64,000 bases of DNA from Thermoanaerobaculia bacterium (GCA_963666565.1 OY762911.1:2112001-2176000), one strand, 5' to 3'; counted from the first letter of the stretch, positions 9,395 to 19,228 are shown. Notes: a model not told the origin generated them from the sequence alone. Numbers and translations: made by a program.

Positions 9395-9919
9395 ATGCCG
9401 TCCGAGCGCAAGATCCTCGTCATCGCCGGGCCGAACGGGGCCGGGAAGACCACCTTCGCCAGGGAGTACCTGCCGTTCGAGCCGGCGTGTCCGATCTTCG
9501 TCAACGCCGACCTGATCGCGGCGGGCGTCTCGCCGTTGAACCCGGAAGCGGCGGCGTTCCGGGCTGGCCGCCTGATGCTGGAGGAGATCGACCGCCACGC
9601 GAGGCAAGGCAGGAGCTTCGCCTTCGAGACGACCCTGGCCGGGCTCGGCTACGTGCGGAGGATCCGGCGCTGGCGGAGATCGGGCTACGTCGTCAAGCTG
9701 ATCTACCTGCCCCTCGCGACGCCCGAGGAAGCGCTCAGCCGCGTGGAGCAGCGAGTGAAGCAGGGCGGCCATCGGATTCCTGAAGATCTCGTCCGGCGGC
9801 GCTTCGACAGGAGCGTGGCGAACTTCCGGAAGGTCTACCGCGATCTCGTAGACTTCTGGGTAGTCGTTGACCGGCGAGGTCGCAGATTGGTCGTTGTCGG
9901 GGAGGGAGCAAACCAGTGA
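9395..9919 (+). CDS. Zeta-toxin-like/AAA_33 P-loop kinase (174 aa)
   Basis: IAGPNGAGKTT, FVNADLIA, SFAFETTL, RVKQGGHRIPED motifs. Confidence 0.85.
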   Translation: MPSERKILVIAGPNGAGKTTFAREYLPFEPACPIFVNADLIAAGVSPLNPEAAAFRAGRLMLEEIDRHARQGRSFAFETTLAGLGYVRRIRRWRRSGYVVKLIYLPLATPEEALSRVEQRVKQGGHRIPEDLVRRRFDRSVANFRKVYRDLVDFWVVVDRRGRRLVVVGEGANQ

Positions 9920-10119
9920 GCGCGGAGAAAGAACAGCGTCCCGTGCTGAAGCTCGACGATCCCGACATCCAGGCGGTGCCTGCGGCGCTGGAACGCGCGG
10001 TCCGCCGCGCACACAGGGATGCGCACCGGCACGGCACCGGCGTTCTCGTGGTCGAGGACGGCAAGATGGTGGAGGTTCCCCCCGATCCGGCGCTGTACGA
10101 AGACGACAGGGCTCCGTAG
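9916..10119 (+). CDS. Small partner protein of the zeta-like ATPase (67 aa)
   Basis: GTGA overlap with the upstream gene; ALERAVRRAHRDAHRHGTGVLVVEDGKMVEVPP resembles the small proteins that usually follow this ATPase family. Confidence 0.65.
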   Translation: MSAEKEQRPVLKLDDPDIQAVPAALERAVRRAHRDAHRHGTGVLVVEDGKMVEVPPDPALYEDDRAP

Positions 10120-10172
10120 GCCGCCTCGCCTCGCCCGACCCGAGGCGCGGTGTTCCCCTGGAAGCGATTCAG

Positions 10173-10403
10173 ATGAAGCTGACCCTCACAGTGGATCGGG
10201 AAATCCTCCGGCGAGCCAGACTACGAGCGCTTCGGGAGCAGACGTCAGTGAATGCGGTGCTTCGGGGCCATCTCAAGGCGTACGCTGCGGTCGAATCGCG
10301 GCGATGCCGCGAGGCTGTCGACCGTCTCTTGAGGCTCTCACGAACCGCTGGCGCTGGCCGCGGAGCTGCCGCATGGACTCGCGACGAGCTCCACGAGCGG
10401 TGA
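10173..10403 (+). CDS. Ribbon-helix-helix (CopG/DUF6364-like) antitoxin (76 aa)
   Basis: MKLTLTVDREILRRARLRALREQTSVNAVLRGHL...WTRDELHER, typical of RHH antitoxins that precede PIN toxins. Confidence 0.75.
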   Translation: MKLTLTVDREILRRARLRALREQTSVNAVLRGHLKAYAAVESRRCREAVDRLLRLSRTAGAGRGAAAWTRDELHER

Positions 10404-10430
10404 GCGGGACTTGACGCTAAGGAGGGACGC

Positions 10431-11612
10431 ATGGCGCAGTTCACGGTCGCGGAATGGAAGTGCATCGAGGACGAACTGACGGCGAACCCCGGGAGGTACG
10501 GGTTTCCAGACAGGGTCTACGGCTCCGTCCTTCTGGGGTCGTTCAACGTCAGGAAGCTCGGGGCGGCGAAAGGCCGGAACAAGCGGACCTGGGAGTTCCT
10601 GGCCCGCATCTGCAAGCAGTTCGACCTCATCGCGATCCAGGAGGTGATGGACGATCTCGGCGGGATGCGCCGGTTGATGGAACTCTTGGGCCCGGACTTC
10701 GAGATGATCGTGTCGGACAAGACGGGCACCTTTCCCGGAGAGCCGGGTCTCGGAGAGCGGCTGGCCTTCGTCTACAACCGGCGTGTCGTCGTTCGCACCG
10801 AGGTTGCGACGGACATCACCTTCGACCGTTCAAAGATCCTCTCGACCCTGATCGCCAACCGCGACGACGTGCACGAGGCGCTCGACCCCATGGTCGCGTA
10901 CGAGAAGAAGCTCGCGTCTTGGCAGCGACACCGGCGGGGAAGACGGCCGCGGCGGCCGAAACTCAAGCTGCCGACCTTTCTGGCGTTCATCCGCGCTCCG
11001 TTCTGCGTGAGCTTCGAGGTTCCCGGACATCCGGGAACCGAGCCGTACCGGTTCATGGGCGTGAACGCTCACCTGTACTTCGGCAACTACATCGACGACC
11101 GGCGCCAGGAGTTCGACGCGCTGATGGACTGGATCGTGAGCCGCGTCGACGAGAACGACGCGACGTACTACCCGAACTTCTTCCTGTTCGGCGACCTGAA
11201 CCTGGACTACGACAACCCGGCCAAGGACCGCGACCGAGTGGAGCGACACCTGAAGCGCTTCGACGGGGAGAGCGCCGAAGGAGTGCGGGTCAACTTCCCG
11301 TTCCTCGACCCGCATCCCGGCCGCGAAACCGTGTTCCGAACGAACGCGCGCATGACCGAGACGTTCGATCAGATCGGCCTGTTCTTCCGGGACCAGAGGT
11401 TCCCGCCGTGCGACGTGAACGAAGACATGGGCAGCCGCCCGGAGGGACCGGACTACGGCGTCTTCGACTTCGTCGACCTCTTCGCGCAGGCCGTCTTGAA
11501 GAAGCCGTTCGCCGATCTGCAGAAGCAGGAGAAGACGGACCTCGTGAAGAGGTTCGAGCACAAGGTGAGCGATCACCTGCCGATTTGGATCCGGCTGCCA
11601 CTCCCGCGCTAG
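10431..11612 (+). CDS. Endonuclease/exonuclease/phosphatase (EEP, DNase I-like) family protein (393 aa)
   Basis: Strong RBS AAGGAGG; SFNVRKLG, DLIAIQEV, NAHLYFG, FGDLN, FDQI, VSDHLPIW catalytic motifs. Confidence 0.9.
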   Translation: MAQFTVAEWKCIEDELTANPGRYGFPDRVYGSVLLGSFNVRKLGAAKGRNKRTWEFLARICKQFDLIAIQEVMDDLGGMRRLMELLGPDFEMIVSDKTGTFPGEPGLGERLAFVYNRRVVVRTEVATDITFDRSKILSTLIANRDDVHEALDPMVAYEKKLASWQRHRRGRRPRRPKLKLPTFLAFIRAPFCVSFEVPGHPGTEPYRFMGVNAHLYFGNYIDDRRQEFDALMDWIVSRVDENDATYYPNFFLFGDLNLDYDNPAKDRDRVERHLKRFDGESAEGVRVNFPFLDPHPGRETVFRTNARMTETFDQIGLFFRDQRFPPCDVNEDMGSRPEGPDYGVFDFVDLFAQAVLKKPFADLQKQEKTDLVKRFEHKVSDHLPIWIRLPLPR

Positions 11613-11721
11613 ATACACGAAGACCCATGCTGCAGCGTGGGCCTCGCAACGAGGGGTGGACCTGCGGCCTGCGAGCAGGTCGGCGGCGCCGCTGCGTTCC
11701 GTACGCCGGGCTGCCGTCGGT

Positions 11722-13818
11722 CTAACTGAATTGAGGGAGCCCAGCGTCGGCATTGGCCAGAGCGACGTCTTCAAACAGCCGTCGCCACGGTTCCCGAGCG
11801 GGCTCCGCCTGTCTGCTGTAGGGAACGTCCAGGTCCGGGTAGACCGCGCTCAATCGACCTCCCCAAAGTCCCTCGTTCTGTCGGGCTTCCTGCCGAAGCT
11901 TGGCGCGATCCCCGGGGGCAGCGAACGGGTAACCGAGCCACTTGTTCCAATGCCGATGTTGGGGGAACTCGGACCGCACTCGCGAGAACTCTTCCCGGTC
12001 GGGTCCGTGGCCGTTGATGCTTCTCGACAGCGCCAACAGCCGCGCGCTGTACGATGCCGGTCGTACGCTGAGCCACGAGTCCAGGCTCTCGTCTCGTTGC
12101 GGCGATGCGCCCGTCCGGCAGGCCACTACGAGCTCGAGCTCAGAGGTCGGCGGCGCCTGCGCGGCCCGGTCGCGAAGAACCGAGGCTTCGCTGGGCGGTG
12201 AGAAGTAGCGCTCCATGAGTTCCGTGCGGTTCCTCAGCGACGCGAGAACAGAACGGACTTGCGGCCCCATCTCCGGCTCAATCGCACGGTGTTGGAAGCC
12301 CACCGTGCGGAAGAACTGCTCGTCGTCGATGACCTTTCGAATCCGGTTCGCCAAGGGATCGTCGGTGTGGCGCATCGCCCTCTTCGATACCGCACTGCTC
12401 CACCGTTTCGTTCCCAGTAGGCGCGGCTCGATCACGTCGTTGGGGAAGTCCCGCGAAGTCTCTTTGAGCAAGTTCTCCGCCAATGTCAGCCGTTCTCTGT
12501 TTGCGAGCGCGACGATCAGCGCCGTTCTAGGCACCAGATTGTCGGGGAACCGCCGTACTGTCTCCCATCTGACATCGAGGGAAGTCTCGACGGCGCCCAC
12601 GGCCGCCAGGACCTTAGCCCAGAGGTCCCAGACGTACGAGTTACTGTTCTCGGCCTGCAGCGACTGAAGCGTCCAGTTGAGGATTTCCGTCAACTGCGCG
12701 CCGGACGGACTCTTGCGGAGCAGTCGGTCGCACAGATTGTGGGTGGTACGAACCGCGTAGTAGCTGTGGTGCGCGTAGCGGGCGTAGTTCCAGTGCCGGG
12801 TGAGCAGGGCACGCGCCTTGCGCCAGAGGCCATCGTCCAGGGCTTCGGCCGCATCCACCGCAAGAACCACCTCATCGAGCTCTGCTTTCCGTGGCAAGTA
12901 TGCGGATCGTCGCGCGGCCCGCGGCCGGTTCCCACGAGCAGGTACGTTGCGGCCAAGCCCGGTCTCGGGGACACACTGGCGTGGAAGGGCCAAGCGGAGC
13001 CAGTCGTTGTGCGCCACTGACCGGTGGCGCCCGAATCCGTGGAGGCTGCCCAATGCGCTCGCCCAGGTTTGCTTCCAGTGACTGTGATGCCGGGGATACA
13101 GGACAGTCAAAGTCGAGACGTGGCGCCGGAACTCGGCTCGCAGTTCGGAGGAATCCGTGCCGCGCTGCGACGACAAAGCGGCGAACCTCGCCAACGCCGT
13201 AGCGACCAGTCGCTCGGGCTGTACCTTGGTCGGGTCCGGGATCTTGCGGAGCCCGAGCAGCCCGATCTCGAGGCCGTCTTGCCAGTACGGGCCGGCCCAG
13301 GCCGCCTCCTCGCAAGAGGCGAACCACCTCGCCGCCAGCCGCTCGTCACGCTGGTGCTGCGCCAGGGCGAGGTCGAACTGCCGAAGGAGGTCGATGTCGT
13401 CGGGCCAGCGCAGGCTTCGAAACCGGTTGTCCCAAATGGCCACGTCGTCGATCAGGCGCGCCGGGGACGACGACAAGGGCAGGCGTGCGACCACGGCCAA
13501 CGCGTCGGAGAATTCGGCCACGTACGCTCGCGTACCGAAACGAGCGATTCGATCCGGTGGCCAGGTGCTGCGCTCTTCCAGCCACTCGATCAGCGCACCG
13601 TCGATGGTCTCCACCAGCGCATCGCGGCGAGAGCGCAACGCCTGCTGTGCTAGGAGGTCGGCAAGAAAGTCGGCCGGCTCGGCTAGCTGAAACGCGCCGC
13701 GCGCACCCCTGCCTTCCAGCAGGCTCGAGATGGCTGTGCCGGGATCGGACGACAGTGCTTCGGCCCAGGCCGCGAAGGTGCCGTCCGGACGGCGAGTCGA
13801 GTTTTCTTTGGCGACCAT
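11722..13818 (-). CDS. Hypothetical helical/TPR-like protein (698 aa)
   Basis: Long ORF with natural composition; start MVAKENS at 13818, 2 nt after the upstream stop; helical-repeat-like segment YVWDLWAKVLAAVG...WETVRRFPDNLVPRTALIVAL...AENLLKETSRDFPND. Confidence 0.7.
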   Translation of the reverse strand: MVAKENSTRRPDGTFAAWAEALSSDPGTAISSLLEGRGARGAFQLAEPADFLADLLAQQALRSRRDALVETIDGALIEWLEERSTWPPDRIARFGTRAYVAEFSDALAVVARLPLSSSPARLIDDVAIWDNRFRSLRWPDDIDLLRQFDLALAQHQRDERLAARWFASCEEAAWAGPYWQDGLEIGLLGLRKIPDPTKVQPERLVATALARFAALSSQRGTDSSELRAEFRRHVSTLTVLYPRHHSHWKQTWASALGSLHGFGRHRSVAHNDWLRLALPRQCVPETGLGRNVPARGNRPRAARRSAYLPRKAELDEVVLAVDAAEALDDGLWRKARALLTRHWNYARYAHHSYYAVRTTHNLCDRLLRKSPSGAQLTEILNWTLQSLQAENSNSYVWDLWAKVLAAVGAVETSLDVRWETVRRFPDNLVPRTALIVALANRERLTLAENLLKETSRDFPNDVIEPRLLGTKRWSSAVSKRAMRHTDDPLANRIRKVIDDEQFFRTVGFQHRAIEPEMGPQVRSVLASLRNRTELMERYFSPPSEASVLRDRAAQAPPTSELELVVACRTGASPQRDESLDSWLSVRPASYSARLLALSRSINGHGPDREEFSRVRSEFPQHRHWNKWLGYPFAAPGDRAKLRQEARQNEGLWGGRLSAVYPDLDVPYSRQAEPAREPWRRLFEDVALANADAGLPQFS

Positions 13819-13820
13819 CG

Positions 13821-14783
13821 CTATGCCACGCAATCTGCCCCGTAGTCGGCGTTGCCCGGCGTACGGCGGAGGCACCGCAGATGCGTGTCCCTGAGCTGGT
13901 TGATTGCCGCGGGGTTCGAGTCCCGGCTTTCGCTCAACGTGCCCACCGCGACCCAGTGCTCGGGCCGATAGTCCATCCTGGCATGAATGAGCTCCGCTGC
14001 CAGATGAGTGCAATCCGATTCGGGCGCGAGTCCTACGGCGTGACCGACGTTCGAGAGCTTCGGAGCGCTGAAGTACGTGTTCGACATCGGAAGATCCAGC
14101 ACCGTCGGCGCGGCAAACACCGTGGCGCGTGGTTCAACTTCGGAGTAGACGTCCAGGACTTCCTGGACGCTGTACTTGAACAACGCCAAGGTCAGAGACT
14201 CCCCAGTGAAGTGGTGCGCGAGTCCGCATCGCTCGGAGAACACCCGGGGCCAGTCGGTACGGTGCTCCAGATCGGGGAACTCTGCGGCGAACGCGACGAA
14301 CCGAGGTCGCCCGTCAGCGAACTGCCGGTTGAGGAACCGCGTGAAGGCGGCAAGGGCGTCGTCGGTCGGCGAAGGAGTGCCGGTAGCCGTTGGGCCGGCG
14401 GGACGCTTGGCATGCCGGTTCGAGATCCACTGGCGGAGTCGGTCCACGCTGAGGGCTCCGGCAGCGTAGTCGTTGAGCGGTTTGTCTATCCGCTCGGCGC
14501 GGTAGAGTTCCTGGTTGGCTTCAAGGTGTGGCCTGAGCGCATCGCCAGGATCGAACGCGGCGCTCAGGGGGTGTCTGCGGCGCACGTCTACCTTGACGTA
14601 GCGGCGGTGCGCTGTACGCCAATCGTCCCAATTGGCCGGTCGGTCCATGCGGGCCTCGTAGACCGCTTGGCGGGGTGGGGAGACGCGTTCCTCCAGACAG
14701 AGGTTCGCCCACTCGGCGGCGGCTTCCTGCTCCGCGGGTACGGTCGCCATCAGGTCTGACAGGGCGGTGTCGGCGAAGTTCAT
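13821..14783 (-). CDS. Hypothetical protein (320 aa), possibly a divergent ADP-ribosyltransferase-like fold
   Basis: Natural composition; coupled to the downstream gene. The fold guess rests only on the spacing of LYRAE, RPRFVAF and AELIH and is weak. Confidence 0.7.
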   Translation of the reverse strand: MNFADTALSDLMATVPAEQEAAAEWANLCLEERVSPPRQAVYEARMDRPANWDDWRTAHRRYVKVDVRRRHPLSAAFDPGDALRPHLEANQELYRAERIDKPLNDYAAGALSVDRLRQWISNRHAKRPAGPTATGTPSPTDDALAAFTRFLNRQFADGRPRFVAFAAEFPDLEHRTDWPRVFSERCGLAHHFTGESLTLALFKYSVQEVLDVYSEVEPRATVFAAPTVLDLPMSNTYFSAPKLSNVGHAVGLAPESDCTHLAAELIHARMDYRPEHWVAVGTLSESRDSNPAAINQLRDTHLRCLRRTPGNADYGADCVA

Positions 14784-14875
14784 CGGGGAATCCGTGGCGC
14801 GTCCGCCTTTCGGATGGGGAGTCTACGTCAGGCTCGCTCCTCAGGTTGCCGGCTGATCGCTCTGCCAGCGGCCGA

Positions 14876-15343
14876 CTACTCCTCACGGAGGGCCGCCAGC
14901 CACTCGGCCGAGGACGTGAAGTAGCGGCCCTCGGGCGATTCGGCCTTGTCCCTGAGTCCCTCGGAGATCAGGAGGGCCCAACGGACTTCCTGCATCGTGC
15001 CGACGATCCGGGTGTACAGGTTGTCCAAGCGGTCGAGTGCCTCGAAGACGCCGTGCGAAGGGGGGTGCCGGCGTCGACGAAGGCGCGGCGCGAGTGCCTT
15101 AGCTGCTCCTGACGGCGCTTGAAACAGACCTCGGCCTGTTCGAGGGCAGGCGCGACTTCGCCGTCGGGGTCGGGTCTCCCCGGAGGCGAGCCTCTCGATC
15201 GCCTTCGCCAGCGTGTTGCCCGCCCAGTCGATCACGGAGAGGAGGTTGTCATACTGCTGGCACAGCCCGTTCGTGAGGGGGTCGAGCAGGCCGTCGGCCG
15301 CCCGTGACGACTCCTTCGCCCGAGCCACCGCCTCCTCCGCCAT
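14876..15343 (-). pseudogene. Hypothetical gene with two apparently compensating frameshifts
   Basis: N- and C-terminal thirds read as normal protein. The middle (about 15175-15060) is Arg/Pro junk in frame but reads DPDGEVAPALEQAEVCFKRRQEQLRHSRRAFVDAG in a shifted frame, ending at a G6 run (15060-15065). Confidence 0.5.
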
Positions 15344-15446
15344 CGGCCCAGTGGGCGACCTGATGCGCGCCGCTGTGCCGGGGAGAATCGCCCGACTCGG
15401 CGCCGCTACCGAGGCCGCTGAGAGTGCTAGCCTCGGCTGCGGCACG

Positions 15447-15585
15447 ATGGCTACGAGAACCGCATTCGACGTCTTCCGCGGCTGCGGCGGCCTGACTCTC
15501 GGACCGAAGCAGGCGGGCTTCCGCGTGGTCGGCGCCGTCGACATCGACCGGCTCGCACTCGCGGCGTACGAGTCGCGCGTTCAGC
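15447..15585 (+). pseudogene. N-terminal remnant of a C5-cytosine DNA methyltransferase
   Basis: MATRTAFDVFRGCGGLTLGPKQAGFRVVGAVDIDRLALAAY corresponds to Dcm motifs I-II (FxGxGG...); no PCQ/ENV motifs follow. Confidence 0.75.
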
Positions 15586-15667
15586 ATGCACGTGCGCAAG
15601 TGGTGCGCCGGTGCGGAGACCGGCTTCGCTCTCAGGATAGACGACCTCACGAAGCCCTGCGACGAGG

Positions 15668-16513
15668 TTGAGCACGTTGTCACTGGCGGCACGACCGGCA
15701 CGGCGCCAGCCGACCTGGGCGCTCATGGCGAAGACCGCAAGGCAGATCGAGACTGCCGGGGACGATCCCGAAACCCTGCGGGCGCTCCTGGGCCACCTCC
15801 GGGATTGGAAGGTGCTGGAGAGCCGGGCGACTCTCGAAGTCGTCCGCGGCCGCCTGGAGATCGTCGAGAAGTTCCGGCGCATGATCGCGAGCGACGCACC
15901 GGAGACCGCGCCGCGGGTGGGCACCGACAACATCTGCGATCTGCTGGCCGGCTATCCCTGGTTGCTCAATCCCGAGTGGCAGGCACTGTCCGAAGAGAAG
16001 GCCGTCTCGACTCAGCTCCGCGAGTGGATTTCGGAGGACGTCGAGGATGAAGACGAGTGGCTGCGATACGAGTATCTGGCGCTCAGCGACGAGCGGCGGT
16101 TGGTTGTCGTGGACATCAAGCGTCCGGGCTCGGCAGTGACGTTGGACGAGCTTCAGCGACTCGAGCGCTACAAGGAGCGTCTGGCCTTCGTCGGCGGGAA
16201 GGAGATCAGCATGCTGATGGTGTGCGGTCCCAACCTGAACGTGACTCCGGAGATCGAGCGAACGTGGGCCCGGAGGAGCGACGGAGAGATTCTCCGCTGG
16301 AGCAGCCTGTGTGATCGGGCCAAGGCGCACTACGAGCACTACCGCGCCATCCTGGAGAGGCACGTCGACGATCCCTTCTTCGCTCGGAAGGAAGAGGAAG
16401 TCCGGCGGACCCGACGGGTGTTGGAGAGCGGTACGGCCTGTCGAGGCCCGGATGCTCGGGCACGTGGCCTCGGCTCGGAGGATGTCGCGTCGGGGAACGA
16501 CGGAAAGAACTGA
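15668..16513 (+). pseudogene. C-terminal remnant of a GHKL/MORC-ATPase-associated PD-(D/E)xK restriction-type nuclease
   Basis: LLAGYPWLLNPEW...LVVVDIKRPG...ELQRLERY resembles the nuclease tail of ATPase-REase fusions; no ATPase N-terminus, weak TTG start, adjacent to the dcm remnant. Confidence 0.55.
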
Positions 16514-17125
16514 AGGCCCGGCAGACTGCTACTCGACTCGCGCTGTCAGTGCCGGGCGCCTCAAGGTGGGCGGCCACCGCCACGGGCGCTCCCTGATGTC
16601 GCGCAGGGCCATGGGCTCGCCGTTCCGGACCGGCATGGATTCTTCGCCGGTGATCACGATCTCCGCTTCTTCCAGGCGTTCGATCAGCTCGCGGGCGGGG
16701 TCCGGGCCCATTGGGCACCGAGGGGAGACGCGTGCAACGACCGGCTGCGGGGATGGTCGAACTACACGCCCCGGTCGTCCATGCTGACGGTGAAGTCGCC
16801 CTCGTAGAGCAGGCGGTGGAGCTCGCGGCAGAGGGGCTCGAGGATCAAGAGCTTCGTTTCGCCGCTATCGGCCCTGTGAACGACGTGATGCGCGTCGCAG
16901 TGCCGGGAAAACCACCCAGGAGGCGTCAACCTCATTGCGGAACACTAGGGCGCGGCGGGTCGGCGTCGGGATGGTGCGGGTCTTGCGGCCGACGCGGAGG
17001 ATCCGGCCGGAGTTGTGCTGCATATCGACCTTGCCGGCGCCGCACGCGATGCGCCGGGCCGTCTCATCGCTGACCGGGACGTGGGAGTCGCCGAGCTAGG
17101 CACCGTGGAGGGACGGACCTTCGGA
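16400..17125. repeat. Copy A of a diverged segment: 3' end of the REase gene plus a minus-strand DUF222/HNH remnant
   Basis: Shares blocks with 20285-20967 and 22570-22635, e.g. GCTCGGGCACGTGGCCTCGGC, GGATGTCGCGT, CTGCTACTCG, GCTTCTTCCAGGCGTTCGA, TTCGTTTCGCCGCTATCGGCC, TCGACCTTGCC. Ends approximate. Confidence 0.75.
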
Positions 17126-17454
17126 CCGCGACGAGGTCGACGGCGCTGGGTGTAGAACGTGCCGGCGCTCTTACGCCAATGCCGGCGGATTGGCTCAGAG
17201 CACTGCCGGAAAGAGCCGTCCTGCCCATGAGAGCGGATCAAAGCCGAGTTCCGTGTCGCGATCGTGTGGTACTCTCCACATATGCGCAACTTCGGCTCCG
17301 CTTGCGGAACGGCGTGGATCAAGCTATGGGAGTCGGAGGCAGAGTCGCGGACGGCTCTACTGACCGGCGCCGACGACGCGAACGGAGTGAAGCAGTGACC
17401 GAGCGCTCTGCTTCCATGCAGACCATGAGACGTTCCCCTGACAATGACCTAACG

Positions 17455-17626
17455 AGGCTTCGCCTCAGACCGACGAGCATGTTCGCGGCGGTGGTCGGCC
17501 TCGGCCTTGGCGTCGATCGGACTCCGGTCGCTGCTTCAGCTGCGGAGTGAATCCGCCGTATTGTCGCTCTGCGGCGAAGGTGGCCTTAAGCTGGCCGGTG
17601 AGAAGCCCATCGACCGGAGTCCGCTG
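17455..17626 (+). promoter_or_regulatory. Structured 5' leader of the element; a 13-bp stem sequesters the RBS
   Basis: CGGACTCCGGTCG (17518-17530) is the perfect complement of CGACCGGAGTCCG (17611-17623), which contains the GGAG RBS; extra hairpins GAGGC-TTC-GCCTC and GCGGA-GTGAA-TCCGC. Confidence 0.55.
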
Positions 17627-19228
17627 ATGAAGGTAGCACGCACGGCAGCCGAGGTTCTTGAGGAGCATGTGTCGTTGACGCTGGAGTGCGTCGATCGGAT
17701 GTACCTCAACGTCTACGTACCGGTGCTTCAGCGTGGCGCGGGCGCGGCCTGGTTCTTCCGGGAGGTGCGGGGCGCGCAGGTGCCGTCGTCGGTGCTGATG
17801 GCGCCGATGACGAGGCGGTTCGTGGCCGCGATCAAGGGCTACGCGCGGCAGCATCGGATCGACATCGTCCCGTTTCGGCGCGGCGAGCGCAAGGACGACC
17901 GCACCCGCGAGTACCTTCGCCGGTGGCATGGAGGCGAGGGGGTGCTGTACGTCGGCAAGGCGCAGGAGAAGGCTCGGGTGCTGCGTACCGAGCGTCGTTA
18001 CGACTCGGCGACCGACGCGGGCTATCCGTGGCTGGTGCACTCGACGGCGATGGTCAACCAGTACTACTTCTACGTGTTCGACGACGACTTCGGTCCGTTC
18101 TTCCTGAAGTTCTGCTCGTACTTCCCCTACAACGCCAAGCTGTGCATCAACGGACACGAGTACCTCAAGCGCCAGTTGAGCAAGCGGGGGATCGAGTACG
18201 AGGCGCTGGACAACGGCATCCTGCGCTGCTCGGACCCGGAGGCGATGCAGCGGCTCGCCGACGGCCTCGACGCGGACAAGATCGACGCGCTGCTGCGCAA
18301 GTGGCTGGCTCGCCTGCCGCATCCGTTCTCCGCCGGCGACCGGCGGCGGGGCATCCGCTACGCCGTCTCGATCCTCCAGGCCGAATTCGCCCTGACCCAG
18401 GTCTTCGACCGCCCGGTGCAGGGTCGGGTCTTCTTCGAGGAGGTGCTGCGCGAGCACCTCGACATGGGACGGCCCGAGCACGTGCAGTTGATCTTCAAGC
18501 GCCGCGTCACGCGACGCACCCCCTCGCGGTATCGCACCCGCGTCATTACCGACGGGGTCTCCCCGTCGCTGCACGTCGACTACAAGCACTCGCGCATCAA
18601 GCAGTACCACAAGGAAGGGCGCGCCCTGCGCACCGAGACGGTGATCAACGACACCTACGACTTCGATGTCGGTCGTTTGCTGAGAAACCTCGATGACCTC
18701 AAGAAGGTCGGCTTCGCCGCCAACCGACGCCTGCTCGGCGTCCAAACTCTCAGCCACGACTGTCTGCTCGGAGCCGAAACGCTCGACGATCTGCACCGTC
18801 CGCGGTGCATCTCGGGTCAGCGCGCTTCGGCGCTTCGCTTCGGAGACCGCAGGGTGCAGAGTCTCTTCGCCGCCCTGCTGCGCTTCAGCCTCCTGCCCAA
18901 CGGCTTCCGCAACCGCGACCTGCGGCCCGCGGTCGCCAGTCTGTGCGGACTCACGCCGGACCGCTACGGACCCTCCCGCATGACCTACGACCTGCGCCGA
19001 CTGCGACTGCGGGGAATCGTCGAACGGGTTCCGCGCACCCACCGCTACCGGATCACCGACTGGGGACTGCGCGTAGCGTTCGCCTACCACCGGACCCACG
19101 CCCGAGTGCTCGGCCCCGTCATGTCCGCCACCCTCGACCCGGAAGCCAACGCCCGGCTACGAAGAACCGTCGCCAGCTACGACCGCGAGGTCCAAAGAGC
19201 TTGGCGAGGACAGCGACTCGCAGCCTGA
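17627..19228 (+). CDS. Putative transposase/replication-initiator-like protein with C-terminal winged HTH (533 aa)
   Basis: ATG 17627 with GGAG RBS. No DDE pattern recognised; RIKQYHKEGRALRTETVIN resembles the YxK...RxE core of Rep_trans/phage gII-X initiators; tail GFRNRDLR...MTYDLRRLRLRGIVERVPRTHRYRIT is wHTH-like. Confidence 0.7.
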   Translation: MKVARTAAEVLEEHVSLTLECVDRMYLNVYVPVLQRGAGAAWFFREVRGAQVPSSVLMAPMTRRFVAAIKGYARQHRIDIVPFRRGERKDDRTREYLRRWHGGEGVLYVGKAQEKARVLRTERRYDSATDAGYPWLVHSTAMVNQYYFYVFDDDFGPFFLKFCSYFPYNAKLCINGHEYLKRQLSKRGIEYEALDNGILRCSDPEAMQRLADGLDADKIDALLRKWLARLPHPFSAGDRRRGIRYAVSILQAEFALTQVFDRPVQGRVFFEEVLREHLDMGRPEHVQLIFKRRVTRRTPSRYRTRVITDGVSPSLHVDYKHSRIKQYHKEGRALRTETVINDTYDFDVGRLLRNLDDLKKVGFAANRRLLGVQTLSHDCLLGAETLDDLHRPRCISGQRASALRFGDRRVQSLFAALLRFSLLPNGFRNRDLRPAVASLCGLTPDRYGPSRMTYDLRRLRLRGIVERVPRTHRYRITDWGLRVAFAYHRTHARVLGPVMSATLDPEANARLRRTVASYDREVQRAWRGQRLAA

